Made by a program: the position numbers and the translations under genes. A stretch of DNA of 38,727 nucleotides from a virus (taxonomy: Duplodnaviria; Caudoviricetes): positions 1-38,727 of the IMG/VR virus record IMGVR_UViG_3300037478_000411; one strand, written 5' to 3'. Under the pieces are notes generated by a model, which did not search any database, was not told the origin of the DNA, and worked only from the letters and a program-made list of their open reading frames with translations. Positions 9,200 through 17,830 of this stretch are shown here, in pieces (positions within the stretch are counted from its first letter, which is position 1; each line of letters starts with the position of its first letter).

Positions 9200-9840
9200 T
9201 GGTACAAGCACGCTGGTATCCCCAGGGGATGGGGGCGATAGCAAACGCCACCGTCGACTGGGATGACAACGCCGGCCAGGATGTCAAGGTTGCCCTAATG
9301 GGTACCGGACATTCGTTTAACGACGCCCATGACTTTTGGGATGACGTCTCCGCCAACGACTACTCATCGGCCACTGGCTATAGCGCTGGTGGAGAAGAGA
9401 TCACCACCCGTGCTCTTGTTGAAACCGACTCGTCGGCGCTGTCAGCAAGAGCCAACACTACCGCCTATGTGGTCGGTGATATTGTCCGCACGGCCTCCGA
9501 CTCGGGTCGAGTGTTCCTCTGTGTCGAGGCTGGAACTTCTGCGGGTTCGGAGCCTGGCGGCATGTCGACTCTCGGCACGCTCCGGGAGCTCACCGACGGG
9601 ACCGCGGTATGGGTGAATGTCGGGTCGGCGATCACCATCCTCGACGGTGATGCTGTCTCTTGGACCGGCCTTGATCAGACAGGAACGGTTGGTGCGGTGA
9701 TCTACCGCGACACTGGTACTCCGTCTACGTCGCCGCTGCTCGGATACATCGACTTCGAAGCCACTGAAACGCCGACAGATCTGACGATCACTCCACCGGC
9801 GGAAGGGTATCTGGCGATCCCCTCCGGCGGGGCTCTGTGA
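9199..9840 (+). CDS. putative virion structural protein with an inserted small beta-rich (CBM-like) module
   Basis: DVKVALM...TGYSAGG...AVIYRDTG...PLLGYIDF phage structural pattern; insert ANTTAYVVGDIV...FLCVEAGTS...DGTAVW. Confidence 0.55.
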   Translation: MVQARWYPQGMGAIANATVDWDDNAGQDVKVALMGTGHSFNDAHDFWDDVSANDYSSATGYSAGGEEITTRALVETDSSALSARANTTAYVVGDIVRTASDSGRVFLCVEAGTSAGSEPGGMSTLGTLRELTDGTAVWVNVGSAITILDGDAVSWTGLDQTGTVGAVIYRDTGTPSTSPLLGYIDFEATETPTDLTITPPAEGYLAIPSGGAL

Positions 9841-9841
9841 T

Positions 9842-10786
9842 GTGGCTGTCTCTAAGATTGAGTTCAAGTTCGACGGGAGCCCGCCCCGCCGCCGGGTAGT
9901 CAGAGGCAGGGACGTTCTCTTTGAGGACCCCTACGATTCGGAAGGTGGCGGTTGGCCGTTCCCGATGCCGCAGACCACGGGCATCATTGGAGCTGGTTTG
10001 ACCTACGGTGACCTGACTCCGTCCTCAGGAGATTTCAACACGACCTCGGTCGGGCAGGTCGTGGAAGGTCTCGACATCACAGGTCGGTTCGTCGTGAACC
10101 ACGCCAACGTGACCCTCAGAAAGTCGCGGGTGCGACACTCCGGCAACTACGGCATCGACAATCGAGATAGTCACCTCGGTTTGCTGGTCGAGGACGTTGA
10201 GATAGATGGTGTTAACACGTCGTCCACAACCAGCGTCGTGTCAGGCCTCGACTTCGGAGCATCCACCACCTACCGGCGTTGTTATCTGCACAACGCCACC
10301 AACGGGATCACGACCTACGGTGGGTCCACCTTTGAGGACAACTATCTGATCGTGAACAGGGCCACGACCGACGGGGCACACCGGGAGGCCATTCTCGGTC
10401 GAGGGTCGAACCACACCTGGCAGCGGAATGTCCTGATCTGCGCCTCCTCAACTGGCTGTTCGGCTGCGGCTGTCCTCTACGGGTTCCCGTCCGCGGTAAC
10501 CAACTGTCTTATCGAGGACAATTACTTCGCCGGGCTGTGCGGCTTCTGCTTCTACGCCGGCGCCACCCACGACTTTCCCGACGACACCGAGGACATCAGG
10601 GTCCTCACCAATGCCTTCGACCGACGCCTCGGTTCTGAGGGTGGCTACAAAGAGGAGGACGACGACCCGGATTTGTGCGGACGAGCTGGTGACATAACCG
10701 GCTTCGACGGTTCGGGGCCAGGCAACGTTTCGTCTGGCAACTACTACTGGCCGGACCTTTTGCCGCTAGGAACACCGGAGCCGTGA
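9842..10786 (+). CDS. right-handed parallel beta-helix (pectin-lyase-like) protein, copy A, no signal peptide
   Basis: ANVTLRKS, VEDVEIDG, FEDNY, LIEDNYF, IRVLTNAF beta-helix rungs. Confidence 0.7.
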   Translation: MAVSKIEFKFDGSPPRRRVVRGRDVLFEDPYDSEGGGWPFPMPQTTGIIGAGLTYGDLTPSSGDFNTTSVGQVVEGLDITGRFVVNHANVTLRKSRVRHSGNYGIDNRDSHLGLLVEDVEIDGVNTSSTTSVVSGLDFGASTTYRRCYLHNATNGITTYGGSTFEDNYLIVNRATTDGAHREAILGRGSNHTWQRNVLICASSTGCSAAAVLYGFPSAVTNCLIEDNYFAGLCGFCFYAGATHDFPDDTEDIRVLTNAFDRRLGSEGGYKEEDDDPDLCGRAGDITGFDGSGPGNVSSGNYYWPDLLPLGTPEP

Positions 10787-10862
10787 ACGTTCTGTGAAAG
10801 TCGGCCCCCGCGCATCGGCGAGATGCCGGGGGCCATGGCCGACACCCCAGGAGGTGCCTGCA

Positions 10863-11987
10863 TTGTCTTCATCGTCCCGTTTTCGTCGCGTCTTAACAGC
10901 CTGGGCTTCTGGACTGATTGTTGTCGGGTTGCTCGGTGGTATGGCTTTTGCTGCTGGTCCGGTCAGTGTCGTCAAGTATGACGAGTTCGTAGCTTTGGAG
11001 GAGCGGGTTGCCGCCTTGGAGGCGGAAGTGTTCTCGTCTTCGACGACGACAACGGTTGCTCCCGAAACGTCTACGACCGTTGCTCCCGAAACGACCACTA
11101 CGGCTGCTCCCACAACTACCACTACTGAAGCCACAACTACCACTCAGGCGCCTACGACCACTGTTCCCGAAACGACCACGACCACGGAAGCCCCGACTTC
11201 GACTCTTCCTGTGACGGCAGGCTGGCCTACCAGCCCTCCCGGCCCTTCGGGAACCCTGACTGTTCACTCTGGTGACTTCACCACGTCGAGCGCCGGGCAG
11301 GTGGTGCAGAACTTGGAGATCAGGGGCCGGTTCATCGTCAAGCACGCCAACGTGACGCTGCGGAACAGTCTGGTCCTCTACACGACCAACTACGGATTGG
11401 ACAACCGGGATAACCATCCTGGTCTAGTCGTGGAGGACACTGAGTTCGACGGGCGGAACCTTCCCACGAATGCGACTCGGGGTGCAGGTCTGTCCTACAC
11501 GAACGGCGTAACGCTGCGCCGGGTCTACGCCCACAACATGAGCCAGGGCTTTATCTCCTATGGCAACACCCTGATCGAGGATTCGATCCTGATAGTTGAC
11601 AGGCCGATAGCGGATAGTGCTCATCGTGAGGCTGCTCTGCTTCGAGGGTCTGACCATACGGTTCTCCGCTCCAAGCTGATCTGCGATGTGCCGTCCGGTT
11701 GCTCGGCTGCTCTCGCCATCTATGGGTATCCGTCGCCGGTCCATGATGTGCTGGTCCAAGATAACTTGTTTGGTGGGCAGGCTGGATACTGCGTTTACGC
11801 CGGGTCAACCCATGATCAGACGGATACGGCTCGGGTACGAATCTTGGACAACGGCTTCGACCCGTCCTATGTGGCACCGTTCGACATTTGCGGGCGGGCG
11901 GGAAATATCACCGGTTTCGACGCTTCCGATCCTGGCAATCTCTCGGAGGGCAACTACTACTGGCCGTCGATGCAGCCGATTCCATAG
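10863..11987 (+). CDS. secreted beta-helix protein, copy B, with signal peptide and Thr-rich linker
   Basis: AGGAGGTG RBS before TTG 10863; RFRR + hydrophobic stretch + AFA; TTTT/APET repeats; domain paralogous to copy A. Confidence 0.7.
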   Translation: MSSSSRFRRVLTAWASGLIVVGLLGGMAFAAGPVSVVKYDEFVALEERVAALEAEVFSSSTTTTVAPETSTTVAPETTTTAAPTTTTTEATTTTQAPTTTVPETTTTTEAPTSTLPVTAGWPTSPPGPSGTLTVHSGDFTTSSAGQVVQNLEIRGRFIVKHANVTLRNSLVLYTTNYGLDNRDNHPGLVVEDTEFDGRNLPTNATRGAGLSYTNGVTLRRVYAHNMSQGFISYGNTLIEDSILIVDRPIADSAHREAALLRGSDHTVLRSKLICDVPSGCSAALAIYGYPSPVHDVLVQDNLFGGQAGYCVYAGSTHDQTDTARVRILDNGFDPSYVAPFDICGRAGNITGFDASDPGNLSEGNYYWPSMQPIP

Positions 11988-12005
11988 GCTGATAGGAGCC
12001 TGCAC

Positions 12006-12662
12006 ATGACAGCGGTATCCGACACATTTACTTACAGCGATGGGGCATTGGTGACGGTGTCGTCGGGGGTGTGGGCTGCGGTAACCGGCCTGAGTGATTT
12101 GGATGTCGTTTCGGGTCTGGTAGGCGCCCCTGCCAACTCGACGGTCTCACAGGCTCGCCATACGACTGCGCTCGCTTCGGACGACCAATTCTGCGAGGCA
12201 GAGTTTGTCAATGATGGTACGACCGTCACCTACCGAGAAGCGTCGGTGATGGTCCGAGTGTCACCGACGGCGGCAACGTTCTACCGGATCGACTGGAACC
12301 CGGCTTCGAGCGGCGAGTTGACGCTGTATCGATGCAACGCCGGGACCTTCACCGAGATCACCAGCGCCACCGGGGTGGGCGGGGTTGACACCAACCCGCA
12401 CACCATCCGTATCGAAGCCGAAGGGTCCACGATCCGGGGCTTCTTCGACGACGTTGAGGAAATCAGTGTCACGAATACCAGCATCGCCTCGGGTGCCCAT
12501 GTTGGCGTAGGGGCGTATCGGACTGTCATCGACCGGAACGCCAGAGTCGATAGCTTCTCTGGTGGTGATCTAGGTGACCTGGGTGACGTGCCCAAATTGG
12601 TCGGGCGCTCGGTCCACTACGACTTCTCGACAAAGACGGTGACCATCGAATCAGGCGTCTGA
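12006..12662 (+). CDS. concanavalin-A/lectin-like beta-sandwich protein, putative virion component
   Basis: All-beta pattern: SVMVRVS, FYRIDW, LTLYR, IRIEAEGSTIRGFFD, GAHVGV. Confidence 0.5.
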   Translation: MTAVSDTFTYSDGALVTVSSGVWAAVTGLSDLDVVSGLVGAPANSTVSQARHTTALASDDQFCEAEFVNDGTTVTYREASVMVRVSPTAATFYRIDWNPASSGELTLYRCNAGTFTEITSATGVGGVDTNPHTIRIEAEGSTIRGFFDDVEEISVTNTSIASGAHVGVGAYRTVIDRNARVDSFSGGDLGDLGDVPKLVGRSVHYDFSTKTVTIESGV

Positions 12663-12663
12663 C

Positions 12664-12936
12664 ATGATGGTCTGCACTGGTCAGGGACTTGACGGAGACC
12701 ACTGTTGCTATCTGAACGGGCGACAGTGTTCGTTCCTGGTTGAGAATGTTGCTGGCCGTCGTTACGCCTGTGGGCTGAGACTCGAAGTCGACTCGTGGGA
12801 AGCTGTGGTCAGCGACCTCCGCTACCGACCGATTGGTGAGTTTTGGGAGTCGGTCGGCCAGCCGTTCGACTACTGCATGAGCTTCGATCCCGCGCTGTGC
12901 TGCCAGAAAGAGGTTGCTAATGGCGACGTGGGTTAG
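12664..12936 (+). CDS. small Cys-rich protein (8 Cys), YkgJ-like metal/Fe-S cluster candidate
   Basis: CC-x6-CSFL-x10-C...RP...C pattern. Confidence 0.45.
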   Translation: MMVCTGQGLDGDHCCYLNGRQCSFLVENVAGRRYACGLRLEVDSWEAVVSDLRYRPIGEFWESVGQPFDYCMSFDPALCCQKEVANGDVG

Positions 12937-14818
12937 GCAGGGAACAGGGACCGCACCGTCAGCGACGAACGCTGATCTGATCGGTAACTACGCACTCGAC
13001 AACGCCACAGCTCCCGGAGACTTCGACCCTGCGGGGGTTACCAGCGTCCGAACCGAGTGGACGATCACCGGGTCGGGGTTCGGTGACGACTCCTGGGACA
13101 ACGTCATAGGGGTGGCCCTCGTCGGTGGTGTTTCTAGCACCGAGATCGGCCAGCATCCCGGCGAAGGTTCGACCGGCAACAAAAACGTTGCCCGTTCCTC
13201 CGACCACACCGACTCGACGGGTATTCCTGCCGGTCTGACTGTCGCTGACTGGGAGGCTGCGTTCGTTCGTGGTGATGGGGCCGCGGATGTCTGGTGTCTG
13301 TGGAACAAGGTCATGGGGCCGGACGGTTCGACCCTCGCGGCCTCCTCTCTAACGGTCACGATTACCTACACGCCCGGTTCAGCGTCGAATCCGGTGGATA
13401 TTGACCCACCTTCGGGTGTCAGTGTCGGAGCGTCACTGGCCACCATCCTCGCCTTCGTTATGGCGGTACAGGGAGCTGTCGCCCCGGCAATAGCAGTCAG
13501 TCCGTCTCCAGTCGTATCAACGGCGGCCCCGGCAACAAATATCGACTCTCCACCGGGAGTGGCGGTCGCTGTTACCGGCCTCGAGGATGTAGCAGCGTCG
13601 GCGGTCGTTGACGTTACATCGCTCCCAGCGATCGCGGTTGGCTTGACTGCACCAGGCGACATGTCGGCTACGGCAGAGATTGGGGTTACTTCAACGTCCG
13701 CGGTGGCGGTCAGCATTGCGGCACCAGAGGACGTGTCGACCACCGCCGGGATCGACATCGATCCACCGTCTGCGGCGGCCGTCGGCACCGGCAAGGTCAT
13801 GGTCAACGCCCAGGCTGTTATTGGCATCACCGGACCGGCTGGGAACGGGATTGGTTCAGCAGTCCCAGCGGCAATATCGCTCTCTGAGCTCACCGCTATC
13901 GCCGCATTGCCAGGAGTAAGCCCGGCCATTGCGGCCACTCCTGTTGCCACCGTGTCGGTAACCGTCGCCCCCTACTCAGGGTTTGGCATCTCGGTTGCTG
14001 CACCGTCGGACGTGTTGGCGGAGGGGGCCCCCCCCGAAGTCGACATAACCCCGCCGGCCGGTGTGGCCTTTGGGGTCAGCAGCGCCGCCTCCACGGTCGA
14101 CGTTGCCACCTTCGCACCTTTCGCCAATCTGGCGGTAGGACTGGCATCGCCACCGGCCGTCGTCCTGGCCCAGGCCACCACCGTTGACACGCCTGTGGGT
14201 ATGGCGATCGGTGTCGGTGGAGCCACAGTCGACGTCCAAGCCCAGGTTGTCGCCGACCCCATAGCCTCTGTCAGTGTCGGTATAGCGCCCCAGGCGACAG
14301 TGTCGCTTACTGCGCTCACTGCTATCGCCCCGCGGTCCGCTATCGCCGTCGGGACAGCGGGCACGACAACAGTCAACGTTCGTCTTGTTCTGATCCCGCC
14401 TGCCGGTATCGGTCTTGGACTCGGCCACGTCGATGTAACCGTTCAACTGCAACGGGAACTTGACTCGGTCTCAGCGGTCGCAGTCGGAGCAGCATCAACC
14501 GTCAACGTCAGTTCGGCGGCAGCGACCAGCATCCTTCCACCGCCGGGAGTTGCTAACGCTGCCGCCAAACCGTCCGCCATCAGCAGCCTCATTGTTGCTG
14601 ACATCAACCCGGCTTCGGGTGTGGCGGTCGGAGTCGGCCCTGATGTAGACGTCCAACCGCGGCGGATCCTCATTCTGATCTCAGGAGTGGCGTTAGGAAT
14701 CGCCGGGCCTGCAGGAACAGCCGCCTTCGTTCCGATCGGCCCGGAATGGCCGCTGTCAGTTCCGATCGAATGGGTTTTAGCAGACTCGGGCATATGGCCT
14801 CTGCCGTCAGGAGAATGA
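12920..14818 (+). CDS. large Ala/Val/Pro/Ser/Thr-rich repetitive protein, putative fibre or decoration protein
   Basis: GAGG RBS before ATG 12920; degenerate repeats of (I/V)DIxPPxG(V/I)A(V/I)G type after a ~155 aa globular N-terminus. Confidence 0.6.
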   Translation: MATWVRQGTGTAPSATNADLIGNYALDNATAPGDFDPAGVTSVRTEWTITGSGFGDDSWDNVIGVALVGGVSSTEIGQHPGEGSTGNKNVARSSDHTDSTGIPAGLTVADWEAAFVRGDGAADVWCLWNKVMGPDGSTLAASSLTVTITYTPGSASNPVDIDPPSGVSVGASLATILAFVMAVQGAVAPAIAVSPSPVVSTAAPATNIDSPPGVAVAVTGLEDVAASAVVDVTSLPAIAVGLTAPGDMSATAEIGVTSTSAVAVSIAAPEDVSTTAGIDIDPPSAAAVGTGKVMVNAQAVIGITGPAGNGIGSAVPAAISLSELTAIAALPGVSPAIAATPVATVSVTVAPYSGFGISVAAPSDVLAEGAPPEVDITPPAGVAFGVSSAASTVDVATFAPFANLAVGLASPPAVVLAQATTVDTPVGMAIGVGGATVDVQAQVVADPIASVSVGIAPQATVSLTALTAIAPRSAIAVGTAGTTTVNVRLVLIPPAGIGLGLGHVDVTVQLQRELDSVSAVAVGAASTVNVSSAAATSILPPPGVANAAAKPSAISSLIVADINPASGVAVGVGPDVDVQPRRILILISGVALGIAGPAGTAAFVPIGPEWPLSVPIEWVLADSGIWPLPSGE

Positions 14819-14819
14819 T

Positions 14820-15437
14820 GTGAGCGTCCCCTTCGTCAGCCTCGACGACCTGTCCGCCTATCTGAAAACAACCTTGGAGGCAAGCGACCTGCTGGCTGTC
14901 GCCGCATTAGACACGGCCTGTCAGGCGATCCGCACCTACACGAACCAGGAGTTGAACCTGGTCCGCCATGATGTGGTCACTGTCGATGGAACATGGCGGC
15001 GGGATCTGCTACTCCCCCAACTGCCCGTCCTCGAAGTTCACGCTGTCAACGTCACCTATGCGGACGAGACGGTAATCCTCGACGTGGACGACCTGTATCT
15101 GACTCCTGCCGGACGGCTGTTCATACTTGCTACTCCCTGGTATTGGCGTCCCGGATTCGGCAATGTGGAAGTCGAATACTCCCACGGATGGGGGGTTACG
15201 GAAGAGGAGTTGGAAGAGTCGGGGGAGCCGACCGCGGAGCGGATGCCATCCGACCTGCGGATGGTCGCCCTCCGTATCGCCGCCAACCTTTACAACAGTC
15301 CTGCCACAACGTCGATCCGTCAGGAAACACTCGGGTCGTACAGCTACACGGTAGGCGACGACATGGTGGGGATGGTCGAACCGGCGTTGAAGCTGATCTT
15401 GGACCGTTACACGATTAGGAAGGTGCCCGTCGCATGA
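14820..15437 (+). CDS. head-to-tail adaptor (gp6/gp15-like)
   Basis: FVSLDDL, LPQLPV, VEYSHGW, RQETLGSYSYT, LDRY. Confidence 0.8.
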   Translation: MSVPFVSLDDLSAYLKTTLEASDLLAVAALDTACQAIRTYTNQELNLVRHDVVTVDGTWRRDLLLPQLPVLEVHAVNVTYADETVILDVDDLYLTPAGRLFILATPWYWRPGFGNVEVEYSHGWGVTEEELEESGEPTAERMPSDLRMVALRIAANLYNSPATTSIRQETLGSYSYTVGDDMVGMVEPALKLILDRYTIRKVPVA

Positions 15438-15601
15438 GATGGCGTAACCGTTTGACCGGTGGGATTGTCGTCTCCGATAAGCAGCTCTCCTACCCGTATG
15501 TGCGGGAGCCTGGCATGCCATTTCACAAGGCGGTACTCCGTCCTGTCGCCCGATTCGACCAGCTCGAGGAGTCCGTCGAAGGTGGAGATGAGGAAGAGTA
15601 G
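15434..15601 (+). CDS. small hypothetical protein, 55 aa (not in the ORF track)
   Basis: ATGA overlap; MRWRNRLTGGIVV...EEE; fills the gap between connector genes exactly. Confidence 0.6.
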   Translation: MRWRNRLTGGIVVSDKQLSYPYVREPGMPFHKAVLRPVARFDQLEESVEGGDEEE

Positions 15602-15964
15602 ATGAACCCTGCTCATCTGATCACACAATCCTGTGTGGTCACCGCCCGTTCGCAGACTGGCCCGCCCGACACCTACGGAACCCCCACCTGGGTTGAAGTC
15701 GAAGCCTCAGACCTGGTCCACGTCCAGCCGGTCTCCTCCGACGAAGTGGAAGACCGCCCGGCAGGGAAACTCACCCACCGAGGATTCTTCCGGCCTCTGT
15801 CGGCTGTCGGCCATGCTGACCGGGTGACCCTCGCCTCCGGCCAATCCTGGGAGGTTGACGGACCTGCTCGCCTGTGGACCAATCCGAGGACACTCGTCGA
15901 CGTCTACCAGGAGGTCGACCTGGTCGGCTACACGGACACTATCGAACAGTCCGAATCGTCATGA
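15602..15964 (+). CDS. head-to-tail stopper (SPP1 gp16-like)
   Basis: DTYG, VQP, DRVTLASGQSWEVDG; position. Confidence 0.75.
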   Translation: MNPAHLITQSCVVTARSQTGPPDTYGTPTWVEVEASDLVHVQPVSSDEVEDRPAGKLTHRGFFRPLSAVGHADRVTLASGQSWEVDGPARLWTNPRTLVDVYQEVDLVGYTDTIEQSESS

Positions 15965-16179
15965 CGACCCTGTCCGCCGCGGCCGCCCTCTGCAAGATCC
16001 CTAAGACGGGCATACCCGAATACGGGGTGACAGTCATCTCCTACATCGGTGAGGACGGTGAGGAAATGTTCGGCTGGGCAACTCACGGGCAGACCAATCG
16101 GTCGTCAATGGTCGGCCTGCTAGCCATGGCCTCCCACTACATGATCCACATGCCCGAAGACGAGGACGACGATGATTGA
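15961..16179 (+). CDS. hypothetical protein
   Basis: ATGA overlap with the stopper gene; acidic tail. Confidence 0.55.
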   Translation: MTTLSAAAALCKIPKTGIPEYGVTVISYIGEDGEEMFGWATHGQTNRSSMVGLLAMASHYMIHMPEDEDDDD

Positions 16180-16549
16180 CATTGCCGCCCTCACCCTCAA
16201 CGCGCTTCAAGCCGCAGGGGTCAACGCCTACGCCGAACTGCCCGAAAACTCAACCCGCCCCGTTCTACGCATTCAAGAGATAGGCGTGGACGGACCCAGC
16301 TCACATATGCCCGACTGGCTGCACGAGTTCGACCTGCAGGTCGACTCGTGGGGCGAATCGAAAGGCGACGCCCACGGTCTGCTCGAAGCGGCCGCCTCGG
16401 TCCTCCGCGGCCATCCATCGAACCAGCATGGGCAGATCACCCGGTTCCAAGTTGTCTCCCTCGACTATCAGCCGGATGAGGACTGGCCTGCCAACGGTCG
16501 CCCAGGCCCCCGCTACCTGTCAATCCTGCGCCTGTTCGCGCACCCGTAA
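16172..16549 (+). CDS. tail terminator protein
   Basis: LQVDSWG, RY near the C-terminus; immediately before the major tail gene. Confidence 0.75.
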   Translation: MIDIAALTLNALQAAGVNAYAELPENSTRPVLRIQEIGVDGPSSHMPDWLHEFDLQVDSWGESKGDAHGLLEAAASVLRGHPSNQHGQITRFQVVSLDYQPDEDWPANGRPGPRYLSILRLFAHP

Positions 16550-16591
16550 ACGGCAGCCCTGCCGTCGTCTAAGAAAGAAGGAGGCCCCTAA

Positions 16592-17170
16592 ATGGCCTTG
16601 TTAAGTGGTGAGACGCTGGCGAAATCTGCTGGTGATCTTTTCCTCGCCCCCTATCCTGAGGCTGCTCCTGTGGTAGCTGACATTGCCACTACGGCCACTC
16701 TCGAGGCGGCCGGCTGGGTACATGTCGGCTGGCTGCACGAGGACGGTCCGTCCGTCGAAGGCTTCGAAGGTGATACGACTCGTCACTATGGCTGGAACGC
16801 TGTGGCGCCGATTCTTACCATCACCCGCGTCACCGAACCGCAGGTCCCCGTATCGCTCCTCCAGTGGAACGTGGAAAACCTTCAGCTCTACTTCCCCGGC
16901 ACCACCTACGACGCCGGCACCCAGGTGCTGACCATTCCCGAAACTGGGAACCCGGTCGAGCAGGCGCTGCTTCTCCGCATCGCTGACGGTGCCGACTGGA
17001 TTGCCATTTGGGTTGCGAAGGTGACCGCCCGTGGTGGGGCCAGCTTCGAATTTCCTGGTGATGGGCTCGCTCCGATCCCGGTTGTGTTCGACGTGCTGTC
17101 CACTGGTGATGACGCCTCCTATGTGAAGGTGATCGGCCTCGAAATGGCCGGTACTGGCGAGTCGTCCTGA
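16592..17170 (+). CDS. major tail protein
   Basis: AAGGAGG RBS; GDLFLAP, WVHVGWLHEDG, GWN, LLQWN. Confidence 0.85.
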   Translation: MALLSGETLAKSAGDLFLAPYPEAAPVVADIATTATLEAAGWVHVGWLHEDGPSVEGFEGDTTRHYGWNAVAPILTITRVTEPQVPVSLLQWNVENLQLYFPGTTYDAGTQVLTIPETGNPVEQALLLRIADGADWIAIWVAKVTARGGASFEFPGDGLAPIPVVFDVLSTGDDASYVKVIGLEMAGTGESS

Positions 17171-17475
17171 TGGAAGAGTTCGAGGCAGCCGTCAACGAGT
17201 CGAATGGTGAAAGCCCTTCGATGGAGGTTGCCGGGCGGGTCGTTCTGTTCCCGGCGAAACTTCCGCTTGGGCTTGCTGCTGCTGTGCAGATGCAACGTGC
17301 GGACGTTGTCTACCGGATTCTGGCGAATGGTGCTTCCTTCGCCGAACCGGTAGATGAGGATGCTGACGATGAGGTTCTGGTCCATCTGATGATGCACCTG
17401 TCGGAGGAGGATTTCGACAGGGTTGCCGCCTTGTATGGGACGACCGTCCCAAACTCGCAAGACTCGGCTGGCTGA
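17170..17475 (+). CDS. tail assembly chaperone G
   Basis: Between major tail and tape measure; slippery site near its 3' end. Confidence 0.8.
   Translation: MEEFEAAVNESNGESPSMEVAGRVVLFPAKLPLGLAAAVQMQRADVVYRILANGASFAEPVDEDADDEVLVHLMMHLSEEDFDRVAALYGTTVPNSQDSAG
17448..17454 (+). other. programmed -1 ribosomal frameshift site C CCA AAC
   Basis: X XXY YYZ heptamer in frame; the -1 frame is open to 17825. Confidence 0.85.
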
Positions 17476-17825
17476 TCACCGAACGGTGGAATCTGGTCGA
17501 GTCTGACATTCGCCGCTACTACGGAGTGGACGCTGCGTCTCTGTCGGCCCGCCGGTTGCTTGTCTATGTTGATGGGCTGCCTGATGGGGCGCGGACGTGG
17601 GGGTATGACGGCTGGTCTATGGAAATGGAACTACGGGCCAGACTGCTCGAGTTTCTCGATCTGACCCGTTTGGACTTGTTGTACGCCCTGACTGGGTCGC
17701 GGAAGGTGAAGTCAGTTAAGCCGGTCGATGTTCCCCGTCCTGAATCGGTGAAGCCTCGGAAGACTGCTTCGCAGTGGGTGGCGTTCGCTCGGAATCTGGC
17801 TGGCACGTTGAAGAAGAAGGGGTGA
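17448..17825 (+). CDS. tail assembly chaperone GT extension (via frameshift)
   Basis: -1 frame reads ...WNLVESDIRRYYGVD...RRLLVYVDGLP, typical of actinophage GT. Confidence 0.8.
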   Translation, partial: PKLARLGWLITERWNLVESDIRRYYGVDAASLSARRLLVYVDGLPDGARTWGYDGWSMEMELRARLLEFLDLTRLDLLYALTGSRKVKSVKPVDVPRPESVKPRKTASQWVAFARNLAGTLKKKG

Positions 17826-17830
17826 ACTAG

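Noticed and set aside
11040-11200. Tandem DNA repeats as a CRISPR or VNTR element
   Set aside because: They encode the Thr-rich APETTTT linker in frame
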